Shown: positions 31,181 to 42,468 of the stretch, in pieces
How the letters are laid out: every line of letters starts with the position of its first letter
Position numbering within the stretch: the stretch's first letter is position 1
Assembly (NCBI GenBank): GCA_963848135.1
Contig: CAWKCK010000017.1
Location: forward strand, 1,024,538 to 1,088,537
DNA: 64,000 nt
Reading direction: 5' to 3'
Source: an uncultured delta proteobacterium
GTDB taxonomy: Bacteria > Desulfobacterota > Desulfobacteria > Desulfobacterales > SG8-13
Notes under the pieces: generated by a model
The model's database searches: none
What the model was told of the DNA's origin: nothing
What the model saw: the letters and a program-made list of their open reading frames with translations, nothing else
Translations under genes and position numbers: made by a program

Positions 31181-32021
31181 TCAGCACGACAGAGGCCAGT
31201 ATCAGCAGCCCGCCGGCATAGCCGATGATTGAAAACGATTCTTGCCACCAGAAATAGGCCACCAGGGCGGCAATAACCGGCTCGATAGTGGCGGTAATGG
31301 CCGCCCGCGATGCTTCGAGGTGTCGGAGACCGGCATAATAAAAATAATAGGCCAGGTAGGTAGAAAAAAAAGCCAGCGTCGCCAGTGCTCCCCAGGCCAC
31401 AGCTGTCTTGGGAGAAAAAGTCACCCAGGGAAGTAACAGCAGCGCACCCAAAGGCAGGATGTAGAGAAAAATCGTCGGTGAATCATAGCGCCCGGAGAAA
31501 TGTTTCCCAAAGATATAGTACAACGAATAACAGAAACCGGCGATCAACCCAAAGAGGAAAGCCGTCGCATCCAATTGCCCCCCGAAACCGGAGGCCCCAT
31601 TGCCGACACCATAGGACACGCCGGCCACACCGGCAATCGTCATGACCAGAGCCGCGCATTTGACAAGGGTCAACGGCTCTTTGAAAACCATCCGCGAGAG
31701 TACCGTTACCCAGGCCGGAGCGGTATACAATAGTACCGCCGCAAGAGCGGCGCCCCCCTTTTCGACCGCCAGCTGATAGGAACCGTAAAACAAAGTGACA
31801 CCGGTCACCGAAAAAATCAGCAGGAACGGCAGATCGCGCGCTTGAATCCGCAACTGTCCTGAGGCGACGGCATGGCCGCCAAAACAGATCCAGGCCAGAA
31901 CAGCCCGCCAGAATGCAACCTCAAGCGGCATCACTCCCTGATCAAAGGCCAACCTGGAAACCGGACCGATAATCCCCCACAAAATTGCCGCTGCGATTAT
32001 GTAAAGGTATCCTTTTGCCAT
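31158..32021 (-). CDS. EamA/DMT family transporter
   Basis: Ten TM pattern, LLYTAP, ATIEPV. Confidence 0.9.
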   Translation of the reverse strand: MAKGYLYIIAAAILWGIIGPVSRLAFDQGVMPLEVAFWRAVLAWICFGGHAVASGQLRIQARDLPFLLIFSVTGVTLFYGSYQLAVEKGGAALAAVLLYTAPAWVTVLSRMVFKEPLTLVKCAALVMTIAGVAGVSYGVGNGASGFGGQLDATAFLFGLIAGFCYSLYYIFGKHFSGRYDSPTIFLYILPLGALLLLPWVTFSPKTAVAWGALATLAFFSTYLAYYFYYAGLRHLEASRAAITATIEPVIAALVAYFWWQESFSIIGYAGGLLILASVVLIIWDGSR

Positions 32022-32038
32022 AAGCGAAAGGTTCCTCT

Positions 32039-32110
32039 CCCGAATATTTCATATGTCGATATCATATCTGTTTCACAACCCCCATGAAAAATTCTCATGA
32101 AATATGCGGG
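32039..32110. mobile_element. Short MITE-like element
   Basis: TIR CCCGAATATTTCAT / ATGAAATATGCGGG; same end as 61461-61478. Confidence 0.6.
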
Positions 32111-32143
32111 CGATCATTCTCGTCTCATGGCCTCGGAGCTTCT

Positions 32144-34498
32144 CTATGTGGCGTTCCAAAAACGGTCAAGGCGGGTTTTCATATCGTCCTCGCTGCACAG
32201 CGTTACAGGACGCCACTCCGCAGGAAATAGCGCATGATAGCGCTCTGTCCTGAAGCGTTTGTCGACCAACACAACGACGCCGCGATCGAGTTCTGAACGG
32301 ATAACCCTTCCGGCGGCCTGCAATACCCGGTTGATCCCCGGGTACATATAAGCGAATTCAAAACCGGCGCCGAGCGTGGTCTCGTAATAGTCACGAATCA
32401 GGTCTCTTTCGAACGAAATGCCGGGCAAGCCGACACCGATGATCATCGCACCGCTCAATCGATCGCCAACCAGATCAATGCCCTCGCCGAAAATACCCCC
32501 CAGAACGGCAAATCCCACCAGAGTTTCCGGGTTGTCGTGAGAAAACTGGGAGAGAAACGCACTTCTGTCGGTCTCCGACATATCGGAATTCTGGCGGATC
32601 GTCGCGACATCCGGGCAAACGTTCATGAATCCTTCGTACACCAAGTGCATATATTCGTATGATGGAAAATAGAGCAGGTAATTGCCCTTCTTTCGCCGGA
32701 CCAGCGTGGTTGCTGCCCGGATCACATCAGGTGCCGTGCGCTGACGCTGTTTGAAATACGTCGAAACACGATCGCAAACGAAGAGGCCGAGATTGCCCGC
32801 TGCAAACGGTGACGGGAACTGGCGGTATGCGGCGGTGTCATGGCAGCCGAACATTCTTTTAAAATAGGTCAGCGGCGTCATCGTGGCTGAAAAGAATACC
32901 GCCGCTTTGCACCGTTTCAACGCCTCGCCCAACTGACCTGAGGGATCGATGCAGAATAATTTGACTTTAAGATCGCGGACCGACCTTTCATAACAACACA
33001 CATAACTGTCATCGTACGTCTGATAGACCCGGATAAAAGAAATCACTGCGAAGTAGAGGGTGAGCAGCTCTTCCCGAAACGCTGATTTCTGATTGCGTGC
33101 CAGCCATTCCTCGGCCAGTTTCGTGAAACGCTGCAGGTGGGGGTAGATAAATTCAGGTCGTTCTTTTTCAGCCCGTTCGGAACGGGGATCATCCCAATCT
33201 TTAAGTTTGCGGGCCATCTGTGAATTCACCCGACCCATGCTTTTGAAAAGGCGCGGTAGCGTTTCCTGCACCTCACGCCGCAGATTCAAAAAGGGACGTT
33301 TGAATATCTCGGCCGAGAACATTTCCCGGGCGCGATCGACAAGATTGTGCGCTTCGTCAATCAGAAAGGTATAATCACCAGAAGCATCGAGAAAGAACCG
33401 GCGCAGATAAACCCTGGGATCGAAGGCATAATTGTAATCGCAGATGACGCAATCAACATATAGCGCCAGGGTCAGGGACAGCTCGAACGGGCACAGGCGA
33501 TGGGACCGGGCGGCCGCCTCTATAACGCTTCGCCCCAGGGCCTCCTGCATGAAAATTTCGGGTAAGGCATCCCGCAGGCGATCGTAGTAGCCGCGGGCGA
33601 ATTCGCATGTTTCGCCGCTGCACTCTTTATCCGGATTGAAACAAATTTTGTCCTTGGCCGTTAGCGTCAACGATTTGAAGCGCAGGCCGTTATGCCTGAG
33701 TTCGTCGAGAGCCTTTTCCGCCACGGTGCGGGCGGTTGTTCTCGCCGTCAGGTAAAATATTTTGGACGTGAGGCCTTCGGCCATCGCCTTGACAGCCGGA
33801 AAAATCACCGCCATAGTCTTGCCGATGCCGGTGGCCGCTTGGACAAGGAGATGCCCCCCGGCACGGATGGTGCGGTACACTTCCACCGCCATCGGACGCT
33901 GTCCCGGCCGATAGTCAGCAAACGGGAATCCCAACGATCGAATGGACATGTCGCGCACGTGCTGCCAGCTGATGATAGTGGCCGCCCAACCCAGGTAGCA
34001 ATCGACCAGTTCCTGGTAGAAATCGGCCAGTTCAGCGAGGGTAAAGGCTTGCCTTACCTCGCGCATCTCTCCGGTATCGAGATGAAAGTATGTCAGCTGA
34101 ACATCAACTTCCGGCAGCTGTTGATCGGCGGCGTACATGTATGCATAGCATTTGACCTGGCCCCAGTGTAAGGGATTTTGGTCCGTGACCAGGTGCTCGA
34201 TGTCGCGGTCGGTTGTTTTTATCTCGTCGATTATTGTCTGGTGGGTTCCTTCGGTGGTGGCTTCGGAAAAAACGCCGTCGATTCTGCCGCTGATGGTCAA
34301 TATATACTTGTCGGTTTCATGTTGTCGGGAGATGGGTACTTCAGCACGATACGTCTGCGGCCGTGACATCTGGATCACCTGATGCGCACGAATCGCCTCG
34401 ACGGATCGACGGACACCTGAAAAAGTAAATTCCAGATCTCCTGACCGACAGGCGAATTCGACCAATTCACGAACGGCAATGTTCAAATTACGCTTCAA
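32144..34498 (-). CDS. Rad3/DinG-like Fe-S helicase with N-terminal PD-(D/E)XK nuclease domain
   Basis: GRIDG...DEIKT, TGIGKT, CPFE, DEAH, FPSY, EGID, QAAGRVIR. Confidence 0.92.
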   Translation of the reverse strand: MKRNLNIAVRELVEFACRSGDLEFTFSGVRRSVEAIRAHQVIQMSRPQTYRAEVPISRQHETDKYILTISGRIDGVFSEATTEGTHQTIIDEIKTTDRDIEHLVTDQNPLHWGQVKCYAYMYAADQQLPEVDVQLTYFHLDTGEMREVRQAFTLAELADFYQELVDCYLGWAATIISWQHVRDMSIRSLGFPFADYRPGQRPMAVEVYRTIRAGGHLLVQAATGIGKTMAVIFPAVKAMAEGLTSKIFYLTARTTARTVAEKALDELRHNGLRFKSLTLTAKDKICFNPDKECSGETCEFARGYYDRLRDALPEIFMQEALGRSVIEAAARSHRLCPFELSLTLALYVDCVICDYNYAFDPRVYLRRFFLDASGDYTFLIDEAHNLVDRAREMFSAEIFKRPFLNLRREVQETLPRLFKSMGRVNSQMARKLKDWDDPRSERAEKERPEFIYPHLQRFTKLAEEWLARNQKSAFREELLTLYFAVISFIRVYQTYDDSYVCCYERSVRDLKVKLFCIDPSGQLGEALKRCKAAVFFSATMTPLTYFKRMFGCHDTAAYRQFPSPFAAGNLGLFVCDRVSTYFKQRQRTAPDVIRAATTLVRRKKGNYLLYFPSYEYMHLVYEGFMNVCPDVATIRQNSDMSETDRSAFLSQFSHDNPETLVGFAVLGGIFGEGIDLVGDRLSGAMIIGVGLPGISFERDLIRDYYETTLGAGFEFAYMYPGINRVLQAAGRVIRSELDRGVVVLVDKRFRTERYHALFPAEWRPVTLCSEDDMKTRLDRFWNAT

Positions 34499-34784
34499 AA
34501 GACCCTCTTTGTCTGGGCAATTTACCAAGCGGCTAACGCCGCGCTCTTATCACCCATCGATTGCGGACGCTCACTGTAATTTTTCGGCATTATCAAGTCA
34601 AGGTGGTGCCTACACATCGGAAATTGCCAGATTTCGGATTGTGTGATGGTCAAAATAAGTTCGGTTATGCGAAGGGATATTTCACCAACCATTTAACCAC
34701 CCGTATTGCGGAATCTATTTTAGTGAGGTGGTATAACACTCACGCCCGGTTTTCATCCGATCTTTTTATGTCGCAGGTTTCAGT

Positions 34785-34813
34785 TTGACGTACGCCGCGG
34801 TTTCATTCATACT
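34785..34813 (+). promoter_or_regulatory. Putative sigma70 promoter
   Basis: TTGACG-N17-CATACT upstream of the phosphatase gene. Confidence 0.45.
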
Positions 34814-34977
34814 GAATGGTTCACACCCTCCGGTGATACACTCCACGCACTCCGACAGCAGATCGCGAACCTTGCCGTGTCCGTTAGACAACCGTGTTCA
34901 ACCCGATCCCGTCGGTCAGGATTTCACCCACAGGGCGACCAATATAAAATATCTCTGATTGCGGAGGCGTAAATAGT

Positions 34978-36639
34978 ATGAAGACAACCCTCTCTGAACC
35001 GCGGAAACCACCGCCAGCGCGGACAGGTCCGAAGCACTGGCTCAAAATGACCCGCTCGCGGCTGTCCCGGCGAATTGTATTTTATGTATTTATCAGCGTC
35101 GTTGTGATTGAAACAATTATTCTGATTCCGTCATATGCCAAACGAGAACAGGATTTGCTACAGCAACTAAGAGTGCTGGCGACCGCCCAGATCGATGTTC
35201 TTATGGACATGTTGCCGGCCAAAGCCGGCCAGCCTGAAGTTTTCGATTATGTCAAATATTTAGTGATGGGTCCGCACATCCTCGGCGGTACCCTCTACGA
35301 CGTAAACGGAAACATTGTCGGCACTTTTGGTGAGCAACCGGATCTGTCATTCACAAATATCATCGCGTCCGGAATGCTGAGTCAAAAAAGCCCGGACAAC
35401 CTGCGCGTCGATGATGCCTGGACAGCCACGCAACTGCGGCGGGCGAATGTTCTCATCCTACGACAGGACGCTTCATCGGTGAAACAAGAGCTGTGGGCAT
35501 ACACCTTGCGGATTGCCGGCTTGGTGCTCATCATTTCCATGTTTGTCACCGCCGGAGCCTGGCTTGCCCTTCATCCGATCGTTGTCATCCCGATTCTGCG
35601 CTTGAGAAAGGACCTGATCCTTGCCGGCGAGGCCCTGAGCAACGACAGTGAAACTCCTGATTTTTATGCCGAATCGGTACACCGCCGGGATGAACTCGGC
35701 GAGGTGATCAAAGCGTTTAGACAAATGTACCATCGTATCGCTGAAGCCATCAGTGAACGCAAGAAGGCCGAAAGAGCCCTCAAAAAAAGTCTCGAGCAGG
35801 TTGAAGCCTTCTCGCAGGCTTTGAATTCCGAAATGGTGCGCGGCCAGGAAATGCAGAAAAATTTCCTGCCTGACGATTTGCCGCAACGCGCCGGCTGGGA
35901 GTTTTCCGCTTTTTTCAGACCGGCCCGGCAGGTGTCGGGGGACTTTTACGATGTTTTCGAATTGCCTGACGGATCGATAGGGTTGGTCATTGCCGATGTC
36001 TGCGACAAAGGGGTTGGGGCAGCACTTTTTATGGCTCTCTTTCGTAGCCTGATCCGGATTTTTTCAGGGCAAACATCACTGCAAGGGCTCGATTGCCGCA
36101 TTACTGAAAATCTGAAGGACAACCGGTTGTCTCCTGAAGCGGTCAGCGGGAAAGGCGCCAGCCACCACGACGCCCTCATGGCGGTCAAGTTGACCAATGA
36201 CTACATTGCCAAGAATCATGAGAACCTGGCCATGTTCGCAACCATATTCTTCGGGGTGCTGAATCCGGCCACCGGCGAACTCACTTATATTAATGGCGGT
36301 CATGACCCGCTTTACATTCTCGGGCCTTCGGGAAGAGTCAAAAATCATCTCGGCCCAACTGGTCCAGCGGTCGGTGTTCGTGCGGATGTCGACCTGGAGG
36401 AGCGCCGGGCAAGACTCGAACCGGGGGATATCCTGTACGGATACACGGACGGCGTTACCGAGGCCCGTAATATAAAGGGCGATTTTTTTACGGAAAAGAA
36501 TCTTCTGGCGCTGCTCAAGGAGGGTGCCGACACGGCCTCAGGCCTTTTGGACGGTATCTCCAGGGCATTAAAGGAATATACCGGTGATGCCGAACAGTTC
36601 GACGATATCACCATGCTGGCGGTCAGGCGCGCACCTTAA
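34978..36639 (+). CDS. Membrane PP2C/SpoIIE (RsbU-like) phosphatase with HAMP domain
   Basis: Two TM, RDELG HAMP, VSGDFYD, IADVCDKG, YTDGVTEA, DDIT. Confidence 0.92.
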   Translation: MKTTLSEPRKPPPARTGPKHWLKMTRSRLSRRIVFYVFISVVVIETIILIPSYAKREQDLLQQLRVLATAQIDVLMDMLPAKAGQPEVFDYVKYLVMGPHILGGTLYDVNGNIVGTFGEQPDLSFTNIIASGMLSQKSPDNLRVDDAWTATQLRRANVLILRQDASSVKQELWAYTLRIAGLVLIISMFVTAGAWLALHPIVVIPILRLRKDLILAGEALSNDSETPDFYAESVHRRDELGEVIKAFRQMYHRIAEAISERKKAERALKKSLEQVEAFSQALNSEMVRGQEMQKNFLPDDLPQRAGWEFSAFFRPARQVSGDFYDVFELPDGSIGLVIADVCDKGVGAALFMALFRSLIRIFSGQTSLQGLDCRITENLKDNRLSPEAVSGKGASHHDALMAVKLTNDYIAKNHENLAMFATIFFGVLNPATGELTYINGGHDPLYILGPSGRVKNHLGPTGPAVGVRADVDLEERRARLEPGDILYGYTDGVTEARNIKGDFFTEKNLLALLKEGADTASGLLDGISRALKEYTGDAEQFDDITMLAVRRAP

Positions 36640-36926
36640 CCCGGCAGATTTCACCAGCACGGCAGTCATACGCCTGAGCCACTCCCTGAAAAGATTTCAT
36701 GAATTCAATGCGCAGGTTGACAACCGTTCCGAAAATATGTTGCGCTATACAGGGTATATATTATATCTACGCATAAAGTTCCGGGCAGATAGGGGCGATC
36801 GGATCCACAGTGGTCAAACACTGGAACGGATCTATTGATTTGCGTCTAAATATCGCTACCTTCTGACCGGCTAATCAGAATCGGCAGTCAACATTTGAAT
36901 CCCCCGAAATTAAGGAGAGGCCGAAA

Positions 36927-38027
36927 ATGACGGAACAGCAAACAACAGATCAACCTAAGCCGGAACCCGCCGTTGCTGCGGAGACAGAGGTTATCCCGCG
37001 CAAGTCCTCGGGTGTGAGGAAACTGGTAATCCTGATCATCCTGTTGGCCGTGCTGACCGCTCCAGCCTTGCTGATGCTTCAGTACGTCAAGCCGAATGAG
37101 TACGGAATCAAGGTCACCCGAATCGGCATGGATCGCGGTGTTCACAAGAATGTGTACCAGGCCGGTTACCACATCGTCCTGCCATTCGGCATGGAAAAGA
37201 TGAACCGCCTGCCAAAGGATATCCAGGTGCTGGAACTGACGAATAGCCCCGATACGGCGTCGAGGATGGCACGGATTGATAATGCGGCCCACATACAGAC
37301 TTCCGACGGCTTTTATGTTGATGTCGACGTTTCCATTCTTTACCGAATCATCGACCCCTACAAGGTGTTCACCATCATCGGTCCCGGAAAACTCTATGAA
37401 GATAACGGCATCATCCCCCAGGCCGAATCAAAGCTGAAGGATGCCATGGGGGTTTTGACGACAGAGGAGTTTTACAACAGTCCCATAAGGGTTGATAGAA
37501 CCGAAGTGGCCAAAGAGATGCTGAACAAAGAGTTGAATCCCAAGGGACTGCATGTCGAGCAGGTCCTGGTCCGCTATTTCACTTACAGTGAGGAGATCCA
37601 GCGCAACATCGAAGAAAAGAAACTCAAGGATCAGCTGGTGTTCAAGAACCAGGCCGAAGCCCGCGCAGCGACCGAAGAAGCCACCCTGAAAAAAATCATT
37701 CAAGAAGGCGTAGTGGCCGTGGGGGTCGAGCTTGAAAAAGGGAAGGCATACGCCACTCAAAAACGGGCGGAAAAGGACCTGTATGCCAGGCAGAAAAAGG
37801 CCGAGGCGGATCTACTGGTACAATTGGCTGAAGCCGAAAAGGTGCGCCTCAAGAACGACGCCCTGAGCGGCATCGGCGCCGAGCGCATGGTGGGGTTGAA
37901 AATGGCCGAGGTTTACCAGGGATTGGAGATGATCGTTCTGCCGAGTGACGGCCCCGATGGTGTCAATCCCCTTGATGTCGAAAAAACACTCAAGTTGTTC
38001 GATGTGCGGAAGGAAGGTGCCCAATGA
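36927..38027 (+). CDS. SPFH (band 7/prohibitin) domain membrane protein
   Basis: N-terminal TM, QTSDGFYVDVDVSILYRI, long coiled coil. Confidence 0.85.
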   Translation: MTEQQTTDQPKPEPAVAAETEVIPRKSSGVRKLVILIILLAVLTAPALLMLQYVKPNEYGIKVTRIGMDRGVHKNVYQAGYHIVLPFGMEKMNRLPKDIQVLELTNSPDTASRMARIDNAAHIQTSDGFYVDVDVSILYRIIDPYKVFTIIGPGKLYEDNGIIPQAESKLKDAMGVLTTEEFYNSPIRVDRTEVAKEMLNKELNPKGLHVEQVLVRYFTYSEEIQRNIEEKKLKDQLVFKNQAEARAATEEATLKKIIQEGVVAVGVELEKGKAYATQKRAEKDLYARQKKAEADLLVQLAEAEKVRLKNDALSGIGAERMVGLKMAEVYQGLEMIVLPSDGPDGVNPLDVEKTLKLFDVRKEGAQ

Positions 38028-39062
38028 AGCTGAGATCAATGATGCTGCTGTTGTGCGGAAGTCTGCTGTTATTCCAGGGATGCATTCTCCGGACCACCGG
38101 CGACACCGAAGTGGGTGTTCGAACACGCAAGCTGGCCCTTTTTCATCCCATCGGCGTCGAAGACAAAAGCTACGCCCCCGGGTCGACCTACTTTTTTCTC
38201 CCCTACATCAATGACTGGAATACGTTCGACATTAAAGATCAGAATCTGGAGATGACATTCACGCTTAAAAGGGGCGACCGCGATGAGAGGGACGATTTGT
38301 TGTTCAAGACCATCGACGGCAACGACATCAGCCTCGATGTCATCATCACCTACCAGATAGAAGCGGACAAAGCGCCTTATATTTTGCAGTACGTTGCCCC
38401 GGACAACCAATCCCTGCAGGAGAAAATCGTGCGGACAGTTGCGCGGAGCAAACCCCGGGATGTTTTCGGAGAATTAAAGACCGAAGAGTTTTACGTAACG
38501 GATCAGCGCGACACTCAATCCGGCAAGGCCCGGGAGGTGTTGCAGGAAATTCTCGGCCCCATGGGCGTCAAGGTAAAAACCGTGTCTGACAAGGGATTAC
38601 CGCTTTAATGCCGATTACCAGCAAGCCATCGAAGATCGCAAAATAGCCGATCAGCAGGCCGAAAAAAACAAATCGGCCCAACGGGCGGCATGGGAAGAAT
38701 ACAAGCGCAAACTCGAAGAAGCCCGGGGGGAAGTCAATAAAATCGTGGCCGATGCCGACGGCGATTTCCAGAGAGCCAAGATTGAAGCCGATGCCTACCA
38801 TGAAAAACAGCAGCGCATCGCCCAAGCCATAAAGACAGAAGCCGTCACCGAAGCCAGGGGTTTCCGGGAGATGAACGAGGCAATGAACCGGGCCGGCGGT
38901 GAAACGTTGGTCAAACTGAAGATCGCGGAATCTCTCCAGGGTAAGAAAATCATTCTGCTTCCCATGTCGGAAGGCGGTATGAACCTCAAGACCACCGATA
39001 TGAATCAGCTGATCCAGACGTTGGGGGTCAAATCCCTTGGTACGCAGAAACAGGAGCCTTAA
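38024..39062 (+). CDS. SPFH domain lipoprotein, one +1 frameshift near 38585
   Basis: LFQGC lipobox, KTIDGNDISLDV; removing one T in GTGTCTGACA gives VLTRDYRFN and joins ORF 38745-39062. Confidence 0.82.
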
Positions 39063-39178
39063 CCCATTTCGCGTTTAAAGGCAGATATGATGAATCTTAC
39101 GATAATCGATCTAACCGATCTGTTATCGCTACTATTTCCGACAATTCATTTGCACGAAACCCCTCAATTAAGAATGCG

Positions 39179-39748
39179 ATGAAGATTTATACCGGCAGCG
39201 GTGACCGGGGCAAAACCAGTCTCTTCAGTGGAGAGCGATTTTCTAAAAATAATGTCAGAATCGAGGCTTACGGAGATGTTGACGAACTCAACTCGTCCCT
39301 CGGCGTCCTGGCTGCCGCGCTGGACCCTGATTCAGATAGCCGTTTAGACATACTCGCCATTCAGTCGATACTTCTGCAAGTCGGTGCCTGGCTGGCCACC
39401 ACACCCTTGTCCTCCTCGACCGCTGCGCTCGACGTGTTCAGCGATCGGCCGATCCGTGATCTGGAATCGGCAATTGATCGCATGGAGCAGACCCTGACGC
39501 CGTTGAACGGTTTCATCCTTCCTGGGGGACAAATGGCGGCGGCCTTGGCTCATGTGGCCAGAACCGTCTGCCGCAGGGCGGAAAGGCATGTCGTGGCCAT
39601 ATCCGACGCAGGAAGGGACGACCAACAGTCACCGGAATCATACCGGTTGCTCCTTGTTTACCTCAACCGACTCTCTGATTACCTCTTCGTGCTGGCGCGA
39701 TACTGCAATCATATGGCAGGTGAAGAAGATCTCGTCTGGAAAAGGTAA
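39179..39748 (+). CDS. pduO: ATP:cob(I)alamin adenosyltransferase, PduO type
   Basis: KIYTGSGDRG, YGDVDELN, FILPGG, RRAER, NRLSD. Confidence 0.93.
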   Translation: MKIYTGSGDRGKTSLFSGERFSKNNVRIEAYGDVDELNSSLGVLAAALDPDSDSRLDILAIQSILLQVGAWLATTPLSSSTAALDVFSDRPIRDLESAIDRMEQTLTPLNGFILPGGQMAAALAHVARTVCRRAERHVVAISDAGRDDQQSPESYRLLLVYLNRLSDYLFVLARYCNHMAGEEDLVWKR

Positions 39749-39860
39749 TGCTGTATTCGCATGAAACCGATACAGGAATGTATTTCTGAGAACCATCGCA
39801 GCGACCTGAGCTCCCTGGAACGGCATGGTAGATCGCTTCGCAGCAAGACCGAGCACACAA

Positions 39861-40514
39861 ATGGATACAGCCGTTTACACGTCTGAGCTTCTGGAACGGC
39901 ACTGGCTGAGCGAGAAAACCTTCGAAGCGGTCCTCTCCCGGCCGGCCGGTTTCGAATTCACCCCTGGCCAACGTATCCGTCTCCGGCACCAGTCCTATGA
40001 TAGAGATTATTCACTGGTGAACGGCAGTGACGACACGAACCTGGTTCTCTGCGTCCGGTCGGTCTCCGGTGGGAAGTTCTCACCGCTTCTGGCGACAGCG
40101 GCTATCGGAACCCCTTTCAATTTTACCGGCCCCCAAGGTTATTTCGTTTACAGGGCGTCGACTCGCCCTCCGGTGTTCGTTGCCACCGGGACCGGGATCG
40201 CCCCTTTTGTGGCTCTGGCCCGCTCCGGTGTCGGCGGCTATTTACTTCTGCATGGTGTCAGGGCGGAAAAAGACCTCTATTATGCGTCGCTACTGCGGTC
40301 GAAGGCCCGGCGATACGTCGCCTGCCTGACCGAAGACCCACGGTCAGCGGCCGGATTTTTCCATGGCCGCGTCAGTGAATATTTGGCAACCCACCTGGAA
40401 TCAGGCGCCTACGACTTTTATCTTTGCGGTCGGGAAGAAATGATCCGGGACGTCACCTGGCTGGTGGACGACCACTTCCCCGAATCCCGGGTGTATACCG
40501 AGATCTTCTACTGA
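39861..40514 (+). CDS. FAD/NAD(P)-binding oxidoreductase (FNR-like)
   Basis: RDYS, GKFS, GPQG, ATGTGIAP, YLCG. Confidence 0.88.
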   Translation: MDTAVYTSELLERHWLSEKTFEAVLSRPAGFEFTPGQRIRLRHQSYDRDYSLVNGSDDTNLVLCVRSVSGGKFSPLLATAAIGTPFNFTGPQGYFVYRASTRPPVFVATGTGIAPFVALARSGVGGYLLLHGVRAEKDLYYASLLRSKARRYVACLTEDPRSAAGFFHGRVSEYLATHLESGAYDFYLCGREEMIRDVTWLVDDHFPESRVYTEIFY

Positions 40515-40566
40515 CAACCGTTACCAGAACCACTTATATACGCCCAAAAGCAACATCGAGTAGACC

Positions 40567-41064
40567 ATGACAGTGAAACCAGTGGGTCATATCTGCTATC
40601 AGGGCTATACACCGGGCGCGGTGGGACGGATTACCGCGGCGCACGCCGTTTACTACCATAAGTATTGGGGCTTCGATGTGAGTTTTGAGGCCCAGGTCGC
40701 CGCAGAGCTTTCCGCCTTCGCAATTGGCTTCCAGTCAGAGCGTGAGGGTTTATGGGAGGCCACCATTGACAGCGTTTTCACCGGCGCTATCGCCATCGCC
40801 GACGCCGGCAACCATGAAGCGCGCCTGCGCTGGTTCATTGTCGTACCGCCGTACCAGAAATGCGGCATCGGAAAAGCACTGATCCAGAAAGCCATCGCTT
40901 TCTGCCGGGAAAAAAGCTACCGCCGGTTACACCTCTGGACTTTCGACGGATTGGATCGCGCGCGCAAGCTGTATGAGTTAAGCGGCTTCACGCTCAGCCG
41001 GGTGGAGGTCGTCAAGCAATGGGGACAGCTGGTTAAAGAACAGCGCTTCGATTTGATACTGTAG
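40567..41064 (+). CDS. GNAT N-acetyltransferase
   Basis: LRWFIV...GIGKAL, LWT...ARKLYE..GF. Confidence 0.88.
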   Translation: MTVKPVGHICYQGYTPGAVGRITAAHAVYYHKYWGFDVSFEAQVAAELSAFAIGFQSEREGLWEATIDSVFTGAIAIADAGNHEARLRWFIVVPPYQKCGIGKALIQKAIAFCREKSYRRLHLWTFDGLDRARKLYELSGFTLSRVEVVKQWGQLVKEQRFDLIL

Positions 41065-41173
41065 TTTTATCGAATGCCTATAATTGGTTACAAAACTCAA
41101 TCCCTGCATATTTTAAGAACGGAATATCGATTCCGTTCACAAGACACTATAACCTTCCACCAGCGGAGGCATC

Positions 41174-42199
41174 ATGGAATTCAAAGCACAACGAAAAGAA
41201 ACCATCGTTCTCAACCCTCTCAAGGACATGGCCCGGCGATCCATTCCGAGTGAAATCCGCGAAGATCCGTTGACCGGCCGGACAGCCCGTATCTGTCACT
41301 TCATGAAACTGCAATGGGAAAAACCGGACTTCGAGGCCATGGTGGCCGGAACGGAAAAAACGTGCCCTTTCTGTGCCGATAAGGTCATGAAAGTAACGCC
41401 CTGTTTCCCACCTGATATCGTTCCGGAAGGACGCATGACAGCCGATGACATGGTGCTCTTTCCCAATATCGCCCCCTATGACAGCCTCGGGGCTGTAGCC
41501 ACCATGGGCGCCCGGCATTACACTCCCATGCTCGAAGTAACCACCGATCGGATGACAAAAGCCTTTGGCCTGGCCATGGATTTCTTCAAACGGCTTGAAT
41601 CGGTGTCTCATCCGGAATCGGTCTACCACCTGATCAACTGGAATTTCATGCCGCCCTCGGGCAGTTCACTGATTCACACCCATCTGCAGGTTTTTGCCAC
41701 ATCATCGGCCCCCAACGTGATGCGCGAGGAACTCACCGCGTCCCGGACCTATACGGAACGGAACCGGGGCAACTACTGGGACGATCTCGTGTCCCATGAA
41801 AAGGAGAGCGGGGAGCGATATCTCGGCCGCACCGGACGCACCGACTGGCTGCTCAACTATGCCCCCTTCGGGGTCGCCGGCGACGTGCTGGCCGTGGTGG
41901 ATGGTATCAGCAGCACGATGGGGTTGACCGATGCGGACCTTGCAGACATTTCGACAGGTTTGGCCCGCTTGATGAAAGCCTATGATCGAATGGGAATTTA
42001 CAGTTTCAATATGAATTTTTTCACCGGCCGGCCGAGCGACGACTTCTACCGTTTTCATCTGCTTTTTTCCCCGCGTACCTTCTTTAACCAGGCTCTGGGA
42101 ACACCCGACATCGGCGCCCTGCGAAACCTTTTCAACGAAACCCTCTGTATGGCATTCCCCGAAGATATTACCCGGATGCTAAAACCGGAATTTGAATAA
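41174..42199 (+). CDS. GalT/HIT-superfamily nucleotidyltransferase-like protein
   Basis: REDPLTG, CPFC, SGSSLIHTHLQ. Confidence 0.8.
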   Translation: MEFKAQRKETIVLNPLKDMARRSIPSEIREDPLTGRTARICHFMKLQWEKPDFEAMVAGTEKTCPFCADKVMKVTPCFPPDIVPEGRMTADDMVLFPNIAPYDSLGAVATMGARHYTPMLEVTTDRMTKAFGLAMDFFKRLESVSHPESVYHLINWNFMPPSGSSLIHTHLQVFATSSAPNVMREELTASRTYTERNRGNYWDDLVSHEKESGERYLGRTGRTDWLLNYAPFGVAGDVLAVVDGISSTMGLTDADLADISTGLARLMKAYDRMGIYSFNMNFFTGRPSDDFYRFHLLFSPRTFFNQALGTPDIGALRNLFNETLCMAFPEDITRMLKPEFE

Positions 42200-42468
42200 A
42201 ATCGTTGCACGAATTTAACAAAATCAGTGCCCTGCCCTTTTGTTGAAACGTGCCGTCAGCGACCAGAGGCCATAGCGATAGATTTACCACCAATTAAATG
42301 ATCGGTTTAAACTAATAGTCGTATCTCTTTTTTAGGTTTTGAATTAGCAAAGAAAGCACAAAGCCCTTTTTAAACAATGAATTTAGACAGAGGATACTAC
42401 TCTTACTTGCCGAGGTTTGCGTAATTATTCGCACCGTGGTCAATTTAATTCAGATTACAGCTGACAAA

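Noticed and set aside
32144..34498. Cas4-like nuclease plus DinG helicase as a CRISPR type IV or defence component
   Set aside because: Common stand-alone repair-type fusion; no cas genes or array nearby
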